Shown here: in pieces, positions 39,996 through 50,996 of the stretch | Layout: the number at the start of each line of letters is the position of its first letter | How positions within the stretch are numbered: position 1 is the first letter of the stretch | NCBI GenBank assembly: GCA_052426225.1 | Contig: JBNJNM010000012.1 | Coordinates: forward strand, 1,612,001-1,676,000 | From: Zancudomyces culisetae HAW-14-8 | Lineage: Eukaryota; Fungi; Kickxellomycota | DNA length: 64,000 nucleotides | Direction: 5' to 3' | Program-made: the position numbers and the translations under genes | Notes under the pieces: generated by a model | Seen by the model: only the letters and a program-made list of their open reading frames with translations | The model's database searches: none | Told to the model about the DNA's origin: nothing

Positions 39996-41585
39996 AACAT
40001 GTTTTTACTTTTTACGTCTTTTTTTTTAATTGAAAAGAATCTGTATTTGGTTTTTACAATCAAGTTTCCAACATCTAGTATTTAATTGTACTTTTCTAAT
40101 ATAAATGTTTAAAGTGAAGTGGATATAGGCAAACATATTGAAACCACATTTGACCAAAAACCATGTACTTTGCTACTAGCCACATTTTACTAAATGCGAC
40201 CTTTTATCGACTTTTGCCTATTCTGGACCTAGTTTTGTTTTAAAAAAATGAAATTAAATGAAATGCTTCAAAAATCCAAAAATGATCATGCTATTGGTAA
40301 GCTGAGCACAATAGACTATGCAATGCGAAAATTCTACTGCTTTATCAACCTACATCCTGATCCCTTTCGTGATTGTGCGCATGGACATTGTTCGTTACCA
40401 GCTTTGCGAGAGGGTGCTTATTGCTGCACAGTCCGGCTTAACTAACATGGATAACACTCACAACTGCTCATCAGTAAATCCCATGTAGTGTTCCCATTGT
40501 TGTTGTTGACGCTATTTTTTCTGTTGCTTTCCTCAGATGCCACCTTTTTTTTCAATTTTTTCAATTTTTTCAACTCTTTCAATTTTTTGGACGTTGGCAT
40601 TTTAATTTACCATAATCACATTACATATCCCACCACAAAATGCGTAAAGATAATCGCTTTAAAATGACCATTCCCACACATTATCTAATTCCTGGCTAAG
40701 CACTTTTGCCAACCAAGTACATACGCTCTCTTTTGTTCCTGGCATGACCTCAGAAATTTTAAACACGCAGTAATATAATTGGGCAATAAGCGTGTCAGGA
40801 TGCGACATGCTATGTTTTTGTGAGCAGAATGGTTCTGAATTTTTAGTACTTGCAACACAAATAGAAAAAAACCTCTACTCGTGCATGATTGGCCATCTAA
40901 AAAAATCGAATTTTGGTAAGATCTAGGAATTTTCCCGTGACCTCTGATTTTAATTTAAAAGGGTGTTTTTATTAACATGTTTATTTCATTGAGCGAGTCA
41001 GGAACTAGATTGTTAGTAACAAAAATACTTACACAATGGTTCTTAGAAGAGATAAAACTTTCTACGCTAATACGATTCAGTGTTGTGCAAATGGGCAGAT
41101 GATGATAGCTCCAGCTGCTGCCGCTTTGTTTAAGCCATAGTTCAATTAATAAACCCCTCTCTTTTTACTGGGAGATGTCCTACTGGAAAAAAATATTGCT
41201 CGCAAGCGAGAATTAATATAAGCGAAAATCTTGAAAGGTCACATTGCGTTTTCCCATAATAATTCAAGTAATGCAATTATGAACATGTTGATATTTTTAA
41301 TTACCACTTTTTACCTTTTATTAAAATAGCACTAAAAAAACATAACCTGATCCAGCTTTAATGTTATAGCAACATAAGCCGATAAATTCAGGGTTCTATC
41401 TACCAAGCAAATATAATATACAACTAGACTTTAATACACAAGTATAAATACGACTGTGGGTTCTTTTGATTTTTTATATTCTATTAAGGAAGTAAACTAA
41501 AATTTGAGTCATAACAGAAATAAGAGTAATATTTATACAGAGACTTGAAACAGTTAAAATAAAACAATACTGGTGATATTAAATT

Positions 41586-42004
41586 ATGGACACTAAACAA
41601 GACAAGAGGTCAATAAAGCAAAGGGGTGAAGCACTCAAAGCGAAGCTTGAAAAACGCCCTGATATTTCAGAGATGGAGAATCGCCATATAATATACGGTA
41701 AGTTTTAGAAAGTGAATAGAATAGTAGTATATTGTTTACTATGGTGTAGTAATATGACAAACTAGTTGTAGTATACATAATTTTATTATCACTCTCATTC
41801 CCGTATCTTTGCATCTAAACTGACATGTAAATTAATAATCAAACATAACAAAAATAAATAGATTATAAAGTATCACCACTTCTCCAAGGAAACATGCACA
41901 AGCTTGAACGGAGCCAAACCAGCGATGAGCTAGAGAAAAAACTGGGTTGCAGACCTACCCGCGAACAACTTTTTGAAAGGAATATCTTGAACGAGTACGA
42001 GTGA
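41586..42004 (+). CDS. Small RPEL-repeat protein, 84 aa. Exons 41586-41697, 41862-42004
   Basis: Translation MDTKQDKRSIKQRGEALKAKLEKRPDISEMENRHIIY-DYKVSPLLQGNMHKLERSQTSDELEKKLGCRPTREQLFERNILNEYE has two LxxKLxxRPxxxx(L/M)xxRxI motifs. The GTAAGT..ATAG intron is in frame. Not in the ORF track. Confidence 0.88.
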
Positions 42005-42654
42005 AAGTTTTCTCTTTGTATATTATGGATATTGATGTATATTGAATTAGGAATGTTGATATCTAATGCATCCTGACTCCCTTATGTTTGTATCTCTGCG
42101 GATTGGACGGATAATACAGGAAGCTTCTGTTACTATTTTTTTCTTTTATTTTCTATAATTCAGTTCATAATTCCTTCTTAGTTTCTAGTTTTATGTTATT
42201 AATTTTTAGTGGTAATTTTGAGATTAAGAGCGGAGCAGCTTGATCTCTAGGTAAATAAATATTTGAAGTTATATTTTAAGAACAAAGTATTTATTAAAAC
42301 GACTTTGAGTATGATGTGGTCGTTTTATTTTTAAGTTAATACAGCTTAAACACACTTGTATGTTTATTCTTTTTTTTGACAGCTTTTGTGCATCGTTTTT
42401 GGACCTGTTAGCATATATATGTGTTGGTAATACATGTCATCCGTAAATTAATTCTGGGTTTTGCTGACCCTTTTTTCTTTTAGATTTGTGTATCATATGT
42501 AAACAAGCAATTTTACTCCAAAACCAAAAGAGTTTTTACTCTTTTAAAATAAAATAGTTGATAAAAATAAAACATAAAGCCTAACCCCTCCCTAAATAAA
42601 CTAAAGGAAACGCATATTAAAAAAAACAAAGTCGAAAGTGTATCGGAATAAAAA

Positions 42655-44251
42655 ATGACAGAGTTATACGCGGATGAAAGAAGGCCTTATATTTCACATT
42701 CGAGTTTAAAACAACTACTAGAAAAGTTTAACAGTGGCAACAATAGTAACAGTGGCAACAGTAACGACAGCGACGGTTTTGCGAAATATGGGAGTAAGTA
42801 TATCTTTGTGATGATCGTTAGACATCATACTAATCTCAACATATTTGCGAAATCTTCTTATAGGAAGACAGAAAAATAAGCCGGTTTTAGGAAATCCGGC
42901 AGCATTGTTGGCGTTGAAAAGCTGTATTACCATTAAAGACATAGCCAAGAGGGTTGGGTTGTAAGTTTTTATATTTCTCTGTTTTTCATTGCTTTTTGTA
43001 AGCAATTGATTGAGTTTTTCTGAAAAAATATATTTAAAATGAATATAGCCCAGCACGAACATACTGTACAGCGCAATTAATAGCATACAGAATGCACATC
43101 CTGGGTTTGCACGAAGGATTCGACGCCTTGGTAATTTTAATTTACCACTCATTATAAAACACTAGAAAGCAAAAACTTACTCAAATCCTTCGTTTTTACT
43201 AATAGGAGCTTTCAATAGCTACTCTTTTTATATCGTCAAAAATGGAAGAAACAGTCAAAAAACTAAAAGAAATAATCATTAAGACCTATTTCTATGAAAA
43301 GCCAGAATACGAAATAAGTGAAAATGTCAGTGCACTACTAAACACATATATACTCTGACCATCTCTCTTATCGCTAACAATATAAACGTTTGCTTAGGTG
43401 GTAGATAGACTTCGACATTCAGTTCTACGATGTGAAAAGACGATATTGAAATCCATTGCCTTCGACTTTAACTGCTCCGAAACACATAAAGAATACATAA
43501 AAGTGGCAAAGCTATTGCATGTATCAACACGCACAGCCAGTAAAGGGTGGTCCATTCTGACTGACTCATATCAGACCACAGTAGTGGTAGAAGTTCCCTC
43601 CTTGGTACTAGTGGTTGGATCTTTGCTGCTTGCATTAGGCCTTGATAGTTCATACCATGAGTCTCATGCCTCTAGATTTATTCAGAAGGTTCTATCCGAG
43701 TGTGATGGTAGTTTCTACACTTTTGAACTGGAGGCCTCTAAAAACGTGAGAGCTATGTATTTTTTTTAAAAAATTGTTTTTGTACGACGACCACATCACA
43801 ATTTTCTGATTTTTTAACTATTGTGTATGAATTCTATAGAGCCAGCTACACTACGATCCGTTATACCGTCAAAACTCGACTGTTGGGCTTGACGAAACAA
43901 TCAAGCAAAAGGCCCAGCAACAATTTCATTCTTTGAACGCTAAGAACATAGATTTGCACGCCGACTGGTGGTCAGTGTTTTCACTAAGTGAACACGAAAT
44001 CTATCGTAAGTAAAATTGAGTCTACAGTCTACAAACGCATCCTTATCAACACATTTCATGTTTTAGCCAACTTACTTGATTGATGGATTTATTTTTATAT
44101 AATAGATTTTGCCAGACATGTGCTCGAACTGTATACTTCCTATGATACCTTGAAAAAAGAGCTGGAAAATAGTTTTATTGAGCAATTTCCAATGGGTAGT
44201 ATTGATCTTGAAACTTGCCAACAGGTCTGCCAGTTGGCTAAATCATTTTGA
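42655..44251 (+). CDS. Transcription-type cyclin (cyclin K/Ctk2/Pch1-like), ~365 aa, 7 exons: 42655-42793, 42864-42960, 43049-43130, 43206-43325, 43398-43745, 43840-44005, 44106-44251
   Basis: Spliced cyclin box IAKRVGFPARTYCTAQLIAYR..SIATLFISSKMEETVKKLKEII..EKTILKSIAFDF, then GWSILTDSY and WWSVF..VLELY. All six introns are GT-AG and preserve frame (1098 nt total). Confidence 0.85.
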
Positions 44252-44735
44252 TATTTTTTTAGGCGTCATCTTTTTCTCACACCCAACTCACCAACAATGT
44301 ACCATATTTTTATTTTGCAACAAAACATCCTTTTTTCTTTTCATACATTAGCTATACTAATAATCGTGGGTTTTTGAAGGAACTAATCAACGCTTTTATT
44401 CATTCAACTTTCTTGTCTTTAACTTTGTTTTGATCGCATTTAGTAACAGATCCAAAATCCTGGCCCAAAATTGTTGTGTTCTACCACAATTTTCAGCAAA
44501 AAAAATTTTTTTTTGCTTAGAAGAGCGAGTGGGAGAACATACACCAACTACAGTTTTTTTTTCCTTCCACAAAAGCTGCAAGTTTCCTACTCGAAGCAGT
44601 CTAGAAATAAGTATTCACCCAAGTTCTCAACCAAAAACGCTTTCGTTGCACCTAGATACAAGCCACAATACAATAAAATACAATACAATATTATAGACCC
44701 CACATATTTGAAGTATCTACCCACGATATAACGAT

Positions 44736-45742
44736 ATGAGCCAAGGAAAAAGATTTGCTCAAGAGTCAGTTGAGGTGTTTATGGAACCCTCTGGTACCTG
44801 CCCGATTGCTAAAGTAACCCTGGTTTCTGGACTTAATGTATACGATGTAATAATACCCAAAAGCTCTGTAGATCCAGAGATATACAAAGATCTACAGGAG
44901 AATGAGCAGAAAAAAACACGAAAAGTTCAACCCGCGAAGAAATCTATATATACAAAGACAAAACAGGAAGTAGAAGAGAATTCGGCGGTAGCGCTGGACG
45001 AAAGTTCTCCAATAAATAACGATGATGCAGTTGATTCCAAGTTTTTTTCAACTTTAGTATTTTTACCACCGAAATTCAGAAAACTTGTGTATGTCAAGCG
45101 AGGTAAGATTTGCGATTCGAAGGAAAATGCCCATTTTGCTTGTACTGGCCCTATATTTGCCCTAATCTTTTTTTGGATTTACAAGAACCTTTCGATAGAA
45201 TATGCCTAACTCGAGTATTTATATTTTGTGTAGGAAATTTTCTTCTTGTGGATCTAACTTTGGCTCGATCAGACAAAGTAAGCGGTGAAATTGTCCAAAT
45301 TCTATCTGCTAGAAACGTGAAAAAGCTAAAAGAATCGGGAACATGGTAGGTTTGTTTAACTATATCGGCGATATTTTGCATCTACGCACATCAATGGCAT
45401 ACTTTGCAAGGTCGTGTGTTATAGACATATTATTTGTATTTCTTTTTAGAAGTGAAAAAGGGGTTGTTTGGTGTATTTTGAAAGAGGAACTTGCAGAAAA
45501 CGAAAGGCGCAAGGATTTTGTATTAACTTTTTGACTAACTTTGGAATAGGCCAAAAGAATTCTATACTGACGAAGAGTTAGGTGAAATGGGTAAAATGGT
45601 GAAAAGACTCGATGAATTAACGGTAGCTGATGGCGATAGCGCGTATCCATCGGATGATAGTTTTGAGGAAATAGAAGGAAACCCAAATCGCCGACGGATA
45701 CAAATAGAGTCTGACTCTGATTCTGACTCTGACTCTGAATAA
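44736..45742 (+). CDS. EIF1AD: eIF1AD-like S1/OB-fold RNA-binding protein. Exons 44736-45102, 45234-45345, 45550-45742
   Basis: IAKV..SGLNVYDV...LVFLPPKFRKLVYVKRG-NFLLVD..KVSGEIVQIL..VKKLKESGTW-PKEF, followed by an acidic tail with GNPNRR and (SD)n. Confidence 0.88.
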
Positions 45743-46053
45743 CCCTTAATTTCACATTTATTGGCTTTACATAATCGGTATGAGTGTGGTGAGAAAGTAT
45801 TAGATACACCCATCATTCTAGATATTAAAATTTTAAATAAAGCATTTTATTGTTCTTGTAATGTCAAAGGCTAGAGAGGTAAAATGAAATATAAAAGACC
45901 CTGCCAAGTTCGAGAAAAGAGTTTAAAACTGAAGGAGCTCTGGCACTGCCGATGGTTATTTTTTTATACCTCTAAACCACCATTTTACTATCACTCTTCA
46001 TCTCTAGAGAAAGGACATTTAAACTGGATTGCGGTATTGGCTAATATGTACAC

Positions 46054-46844
46054 TCACTCAGATTTGCCCTTATTGAGCAAAGATTCTCTGTGATTAAAGG
46101 TGATGAAGCTTGGCGCAGAAAACATACCATCCATCGTGCTATTTGTAAATAGGAGAGTTAAAAGTGTTATTACCATGTTTTTGTCTGCTCAATTCGAAAA
46201 CACGTTGTGCTGGGAATGTGACATGTTTTTGTAAAAGCAATAGGACACCGTAGTGATAAATATAGGCACCTCTCCATTGTCTCTGTGTAAATATCATGGA
46301 TCCACTTACTATTTTTTTAACTCTGTAGATAGCATAATATCTTTGAATATACCAATGTAAAACACACATCCGACTATTGAAATCGTCAAGCCCATCAATG
46401 TTTCAATCTTAATCTAATTTTAATTTAAAGATACAGCTTACATTGGATCATGCAGGTATATTAAATTTATTTACTTATTTTTTAAAAAAAAGGGGGAGAG
46501 AGGAGAAAATAGCAGTCCCTCTGTCTTGTTTTTGTTATAGAACTACTGCCAAAAGGTTGCTGAAAAGTTGCTGAATTGAAAGAGAGAAAATAGAGTACTT
46601 ACATCCAACGGCAGCGATAGGGATACACTTTCTATTTCGAGCTGCTTGAAATGCAAAACATCTATTCAAAACACGGTGGATTTTATCTCTACATGCCTCA
46701 AAGAATCAATGACTACCAATAGCCCTAAAAATATAATTTATGAATATTTATTGACTTACATTCTCTTGCCGAATAGCCTGAATGAAGAAGAAGCATAATC
46801 CCCATCGCAAGAAAAATCAAGCTTAAATTCTTTACCATAGACAT
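46054..46844 (-). CDS. EMC5: ER membrane complex subunit 5 / membrane magnesium transporter (EMC5/MMGT1), 110 aa. Exons 46844-46760, 46661-46603, 46413-46310, 46138-46054
   Basis: Spliced translation MSMVKNLSLIFLAMGIMLLLHSGYSAREY...SLPLDIKIETLMGLTISIVGCVFYIGIFKDI...PSFITFNHR matches the family motifs HxxYS, LPxDI..E and PSFxxFNHR. Three GTAAGT..TAG introns keep frame. Not in the ORF track. Confidence 0.92.
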
Positions 46845-47390
46845 TGTTCGTTTTGATAAATTTATGTTTTATACCTTCTAAAATAGCGTGTATATTGTTG
46901 ATTGGGAATCACCTTTGGACAAGAATCTGTATTTTGGTTTACAAAGTAAAAACAATAAAAATAATGCACTCGCTAGGTTGGTATTTTTTTCGTAATACAA
47001 ATGTTTCTAAAATGAATAATCCTGTAAAACTTTGGAAACGAAATAATAACCTGCCATAGCAACTGGGAGACGAAATTGCGCTCAGTTTTTCCTTAATCCA
47101 TAAAATGTAAGCAAATGGTTATCCTAGTTTCTGAATTTTTAACCAAATCAAAACCGTGTTTTTAGCATCAGATATTCACCTATCCTTGAGTTGGAAATGA
47201 ACACTAAAAAGTAAAAAATAAACTGAGGGAAGGGAAGGGAAGGGAAGGGGGAGGGCTTTTTTGATCTAGGCTTTTTTGAGTAGCACTTATTTATTTTATT
47301 TTTGATATTTTGTCCTCATTGATAAAACTAGATTAGTAGAATCTTATCACGCCGCAGGGATTCCAAGAACAAAAAGACTAGATTTTAGAA

Positions 47391-48534
47391 ATGAATGTAC
47401 AATTGCGGTTAATACGCTCTATAAAAACGCCAAATATCATTTGCGGTAGAGCATTTGCGCCAAAAGTTTTATCAAACAAAGGGTTTACTCCATTTAAAGG
47501 TGTACTTGGAGTAAATGCGCGAACTCTAGTCACAATCAAAAACGACTTTAATTCAATGTAAGCACCAACAAACACGGAATATTTGAACCTTAGTGGTTTT
47601 ATTTCTATTTTTATGAATTATCTTTATTGATAATGGCATACCATTCTAGTCCAAGAAACCCACACACACACGCACATATATATATATAATTATGAAATCA
47701 CAGCTGTGCTGTTGAAGAGTAGCATTAATCGTACTGACAAAATAATATTTAGAAAACACCAGCTCAATAGCACCGTCCATGTTAGGAAATCGCTTTTTTC
47801 AACCGTTAAGGACAAGGTTGAACTTGAAGTCTCTGGCGTTGTATATGAAGCACCACTTACAAAGATTGCCAAAGTCCTAAAATGGACGGCAATAGCTTCA
47901 GTTGCGGGTATAATAGGTTTATTTCCCGTCTTTTTCACTATTGAAAGCAAACTTCCTTTAGTTGCACGTGCCGCTCTCTTCACAACAAGTAAGTATGCGT
48001 TTTCTGTGTGTGTATCCCGATTATTTACCTATTTCTATCAAACAAAAACACTGCCTAACAAGAAGTTGTATTTATATAGCGTTTGCAATGATGGCAACAT
48101 CACTGATCGCAGTCACCTGGGCATTCAAACCTTATGTAACCAGAATTAGAGTTCTACAACAAAGGCTGTTAACAAACGTTGGAGCCAACCCAATTGAACG
48201 GATGGCTGAGGGTGTGAATATAAATATTACACCAAAATCTCTGTTACTGATGGATACTATGGACTTTTTCGGTAGAAAGGTTACACATGTTACAAGAGTA
48301 GAGTCATTACAAAAGCTAGAGAATGTGTTTTTCAGAACATTCAAGACAACTAGCCAAACAACACTTGACTCTCATGAAGCTGAAAGCTTGAGAAACAAAG
48401 AGGAAATCGGACTTGAAACCAAAGATAAAGTAGTATCGTCAAATGCCAACGACTATTACTTTGTTCATCTAGATCTTGGCCTAACTAGTGAATTTGAGAG
48501 AATTTTGAAAATCGTAGAAAATAAAGAAAGCTAG
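47391..48534 (+). CDS. TMEM70/TMEM186/TMEM223-like mitochondrial inner-membrane protein. Probable exons 47391-47557, 47723-47988, 48080-48534 (first acceptor uncertain)
   Basis: Basic, acid-poor N-terminus (presequence-like). YEAPLTKIAKVLK is followed by two TM helices, then KPYVTRI, TMDFFGR and YFVH. The second intron is well supported (GTAAGT..ATAG). Confidence 0.65.
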
Positions 48535-49152
48535 ATGCACTTTTTAAATATTTCCCGCTCTCCTCCCCCCACCTCCTAGCTTTTTTTCGATTTTAACTCG
48601 TCCCTGTCAAAATAAAAGTACTTTACTAACACCGATCTCAGTCAAACTTACACGTATTTAGAATGTATTGTTGTACAACCACCACCCCTATCCGCATACG
48701 TTATGAGCTTTCTTTTGATTCATTTATCTTGATGCAATATTTGTAAATACTCGTAAATGAGATACAACACATACATGAAATAATTTTGAAAAAAAAAGTT
48801 TTGAGTGCGCAAAAAAAACAACGTTAGACGCGTTATTGTAGTGAAATTGAAAGGTAGAAAACGATTAAAAGCATTCAATCTCAGGGTTGAAGGATTAGAT
48901 GAAAAAACAAAATATATATAAATTTGTATTTATAAAATTAACGCTATTGTAATACCAACAGAGTACCGAATCGAACCACAACTCAAAGTTAATCTTGGGA
49001 TTGTGGGAGGCAAAAGACATAGCTGAAAAGCATCAAATCGAAGTATATTTATTTAAATTTGTTTATTGTGGTGGGTGGTATCAAAACGCGACACGAAATT
49101 CGAATTAAGATCATATTTCATAGCAAAATAATAATAACAAATCAAACAAGAT

Positions 49153-50850
49153 ATGGCAGTGTCTACACCAACAAAAACTGGAGCAGTAAAAGATTCGGGG
49201 CAATTGGCAGTAAAAATAGACCATGTAGATAACTTAATAGTAGGGTGTAAGCCATATGTAGAAAAGGATGGGGAATGTAGGCAGGCTGAAGTGTTGGCGA
49301 TCAAAGAGGTAACGAACACAGAATTTTATAGGGCGGCTGTTAAAGGACTACGGATACAAAAACAAGCAAAGGGGGGTCAGGAAAACAAGGGACAAACAGT
49401 CGAAAAAAAGGAAGTTGAGAAAGAAATTAGGAAAAAAGTGAAGCAGTTCTATGTACATTATGTTGGCTTTAATAAAAGACTGGATGAATGGGTGAAAGAG
49501 AGCAAGATAGACTTAGCTAAGCCTGTAGAATTTCCAAAAAACAAAAAACTAAGAATAGGAATAAATATTAAGGATGGTGATAAAGCGGAAACCAAAAGTA
49601 CAATATTGAAAGATAGAGGAGCATCACAAGGCGGAACTGGAGATAACAAATCGGCTGAAAAAAGGAAGAAGAAACGAAAACATGCGGAGGAGCCGGAAGA
49701 GGAAGGAGAAGAAATACCTGACGACTCTGTGTATACCCGAGGTGTGCAGAAAAAGGAGAGCGATTTAAATCAAGGGGAGGAGGGAGAAGAGGAGGAAGAG
49801 GAAGGGGCAGAAGAAGGCGCGGAGGGAGGACAAGGTAGAAACTCCAACAGGAACAGGAGACCAACTGTGACAGGCGGTGGAGGAGGATATGGGATGGCAC
49901 ACCACAACACCAGCGAAATAGCGAGGATGAAGAATCTGAGTGTGATACAAATGGGCGAATATACTGTGGAGCCGTGGTATTTTTCGCCATATCCAGAGTC
50001 GGTTACCAATGCGGAGATTTTGTATATATGTGAATTTTGCCTTTGTTATTATGCTTCAGAAAAGCAGATGGAACGACACCGAGCCAAATGCAAACTTCAA
50101 CATCCCCCAGGAAACGAGATATATAGGTCGGCGAATACTCTTCCGATCAAACCTACGAATGGAACAGGAAATACTGATATGGGCAATGGTGATGAGGTTA
50201 TTTCGTTTTTTGAAATAGATGGAAGGAGGCAAAAGACATATTGTCGGAATCTATGTCTGCTGAGCAAGTGTTTTCTGGATCACAAGACATTGTATTACGA
50301 CGTAGATCCATTTTTGTTTTACGTGATGACACGCAATGATGAAATTGGGTGTCATATTATAGGATATTTCAGCAAAGAAAAGGAATCTGCAGAAAACTAC
50401 AACCTGGCATGTATTTTGACACTACCTCAACACCAGCGATTTGGATATGGACGACTTTTAATTCAGTTTTCGTATGAGCTGACAAAAATAGAAGGAAAAG
50501 TGGGATCGCCCGAAAAACCGCTATCAGATTTAGGATTGCTAAGTTACCGACGCTACTGGGCTGAAGTGTTGGTTGAGCTTCTCCTGTCTATTGCCTCGAC
50601 AACTACCAGTAGTTGTGCTACAATTACTATAGATGAAATCAGCAAACTCACAGCATTTACATGTCAGGACATTCTCCATGCACTGTTCAGCATTGATGCC
50701 ATCAAATACTACCACGGCCAACATGCCATTGTGTTTAGCGACGCTGTTGTAGAGACATACCAGAAGAGCAAAAAACGACGCAAGATCGACCCTGCACGAA
50801 TAAAATGGATTCCACCAACCTTTACTTCACTTGACTTGAGATTTATATAA
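49153..50850 (+). CDS. ESA1: MYST-family histone acetyltransferase Esa1/Tip60 (NuA4 catalytic subunit), 565 aa, single exon
   Basis: Tudor-knot [25 protein letters not shown]2HC finger [42 protein letters not shown], acetyl-CoA motif QRFGYG and [11 protein letters not shown]. Confidence 0.96.
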   Translation: MAVSTPTKTGAVKDSGQLAVKIDHVDNLIVGCKPYVEKDGECRQAEVLAIKEVTNTEFYRAAVKGLRIQKQAKGGQENKGQTVEKKEVEKEIRKKVKQFYVHYVGFNKRLDEWVKESKIDLAKPVEFPKNKKLRIGINIKDGDKAETKSTILKDRGASQGGTGDNKSAEKRKKKRKHAEEPEEEGEEIPDDSVYTRGVQKKESDLNQGEEGEEEEEEGAEEGAEGGQGRNSNRNRRPTVTGGGGGYGMAHHNTSEIARMKNLSVIQMGEYTVEPWYFSPYPESVTNAEILYICEFCLCYYASEKQMERHRAKCKLQHPPGNEIYRSANTLPIKPTNGTGNTDMGNGDEVISFFEIDGRRQKTYCRNLCLLSKCFLDHKTLYYDVDPFLFYVMTRNDEIGCHIIGYFSKEKESAENYNLACILTLPQHQRFGYGRLLIQFSYELTKIEGKVGSPEKPLSDLGLLSYRRYWAEVLVELLLSIASTTTSSCATITIDEISKLTAFTCQDILHALFSIDAIKYYHGQHAIVFSDAVVETYQKSKKRRKIDPARIKWIPPTFTSLDLRFI

Positions 50851-50996
50851 TTTATTGCAAATAACTATACACATTTTTTATCATATCTGTTCTATAACCA
50901 GTAATAAATATACACGATAATGCCTTCTATACTAAAAAAAGGAAATTCACACTCCTCCCCCCTCTCCTTATGCCAGCCCACATTTTTTTTTTACAG

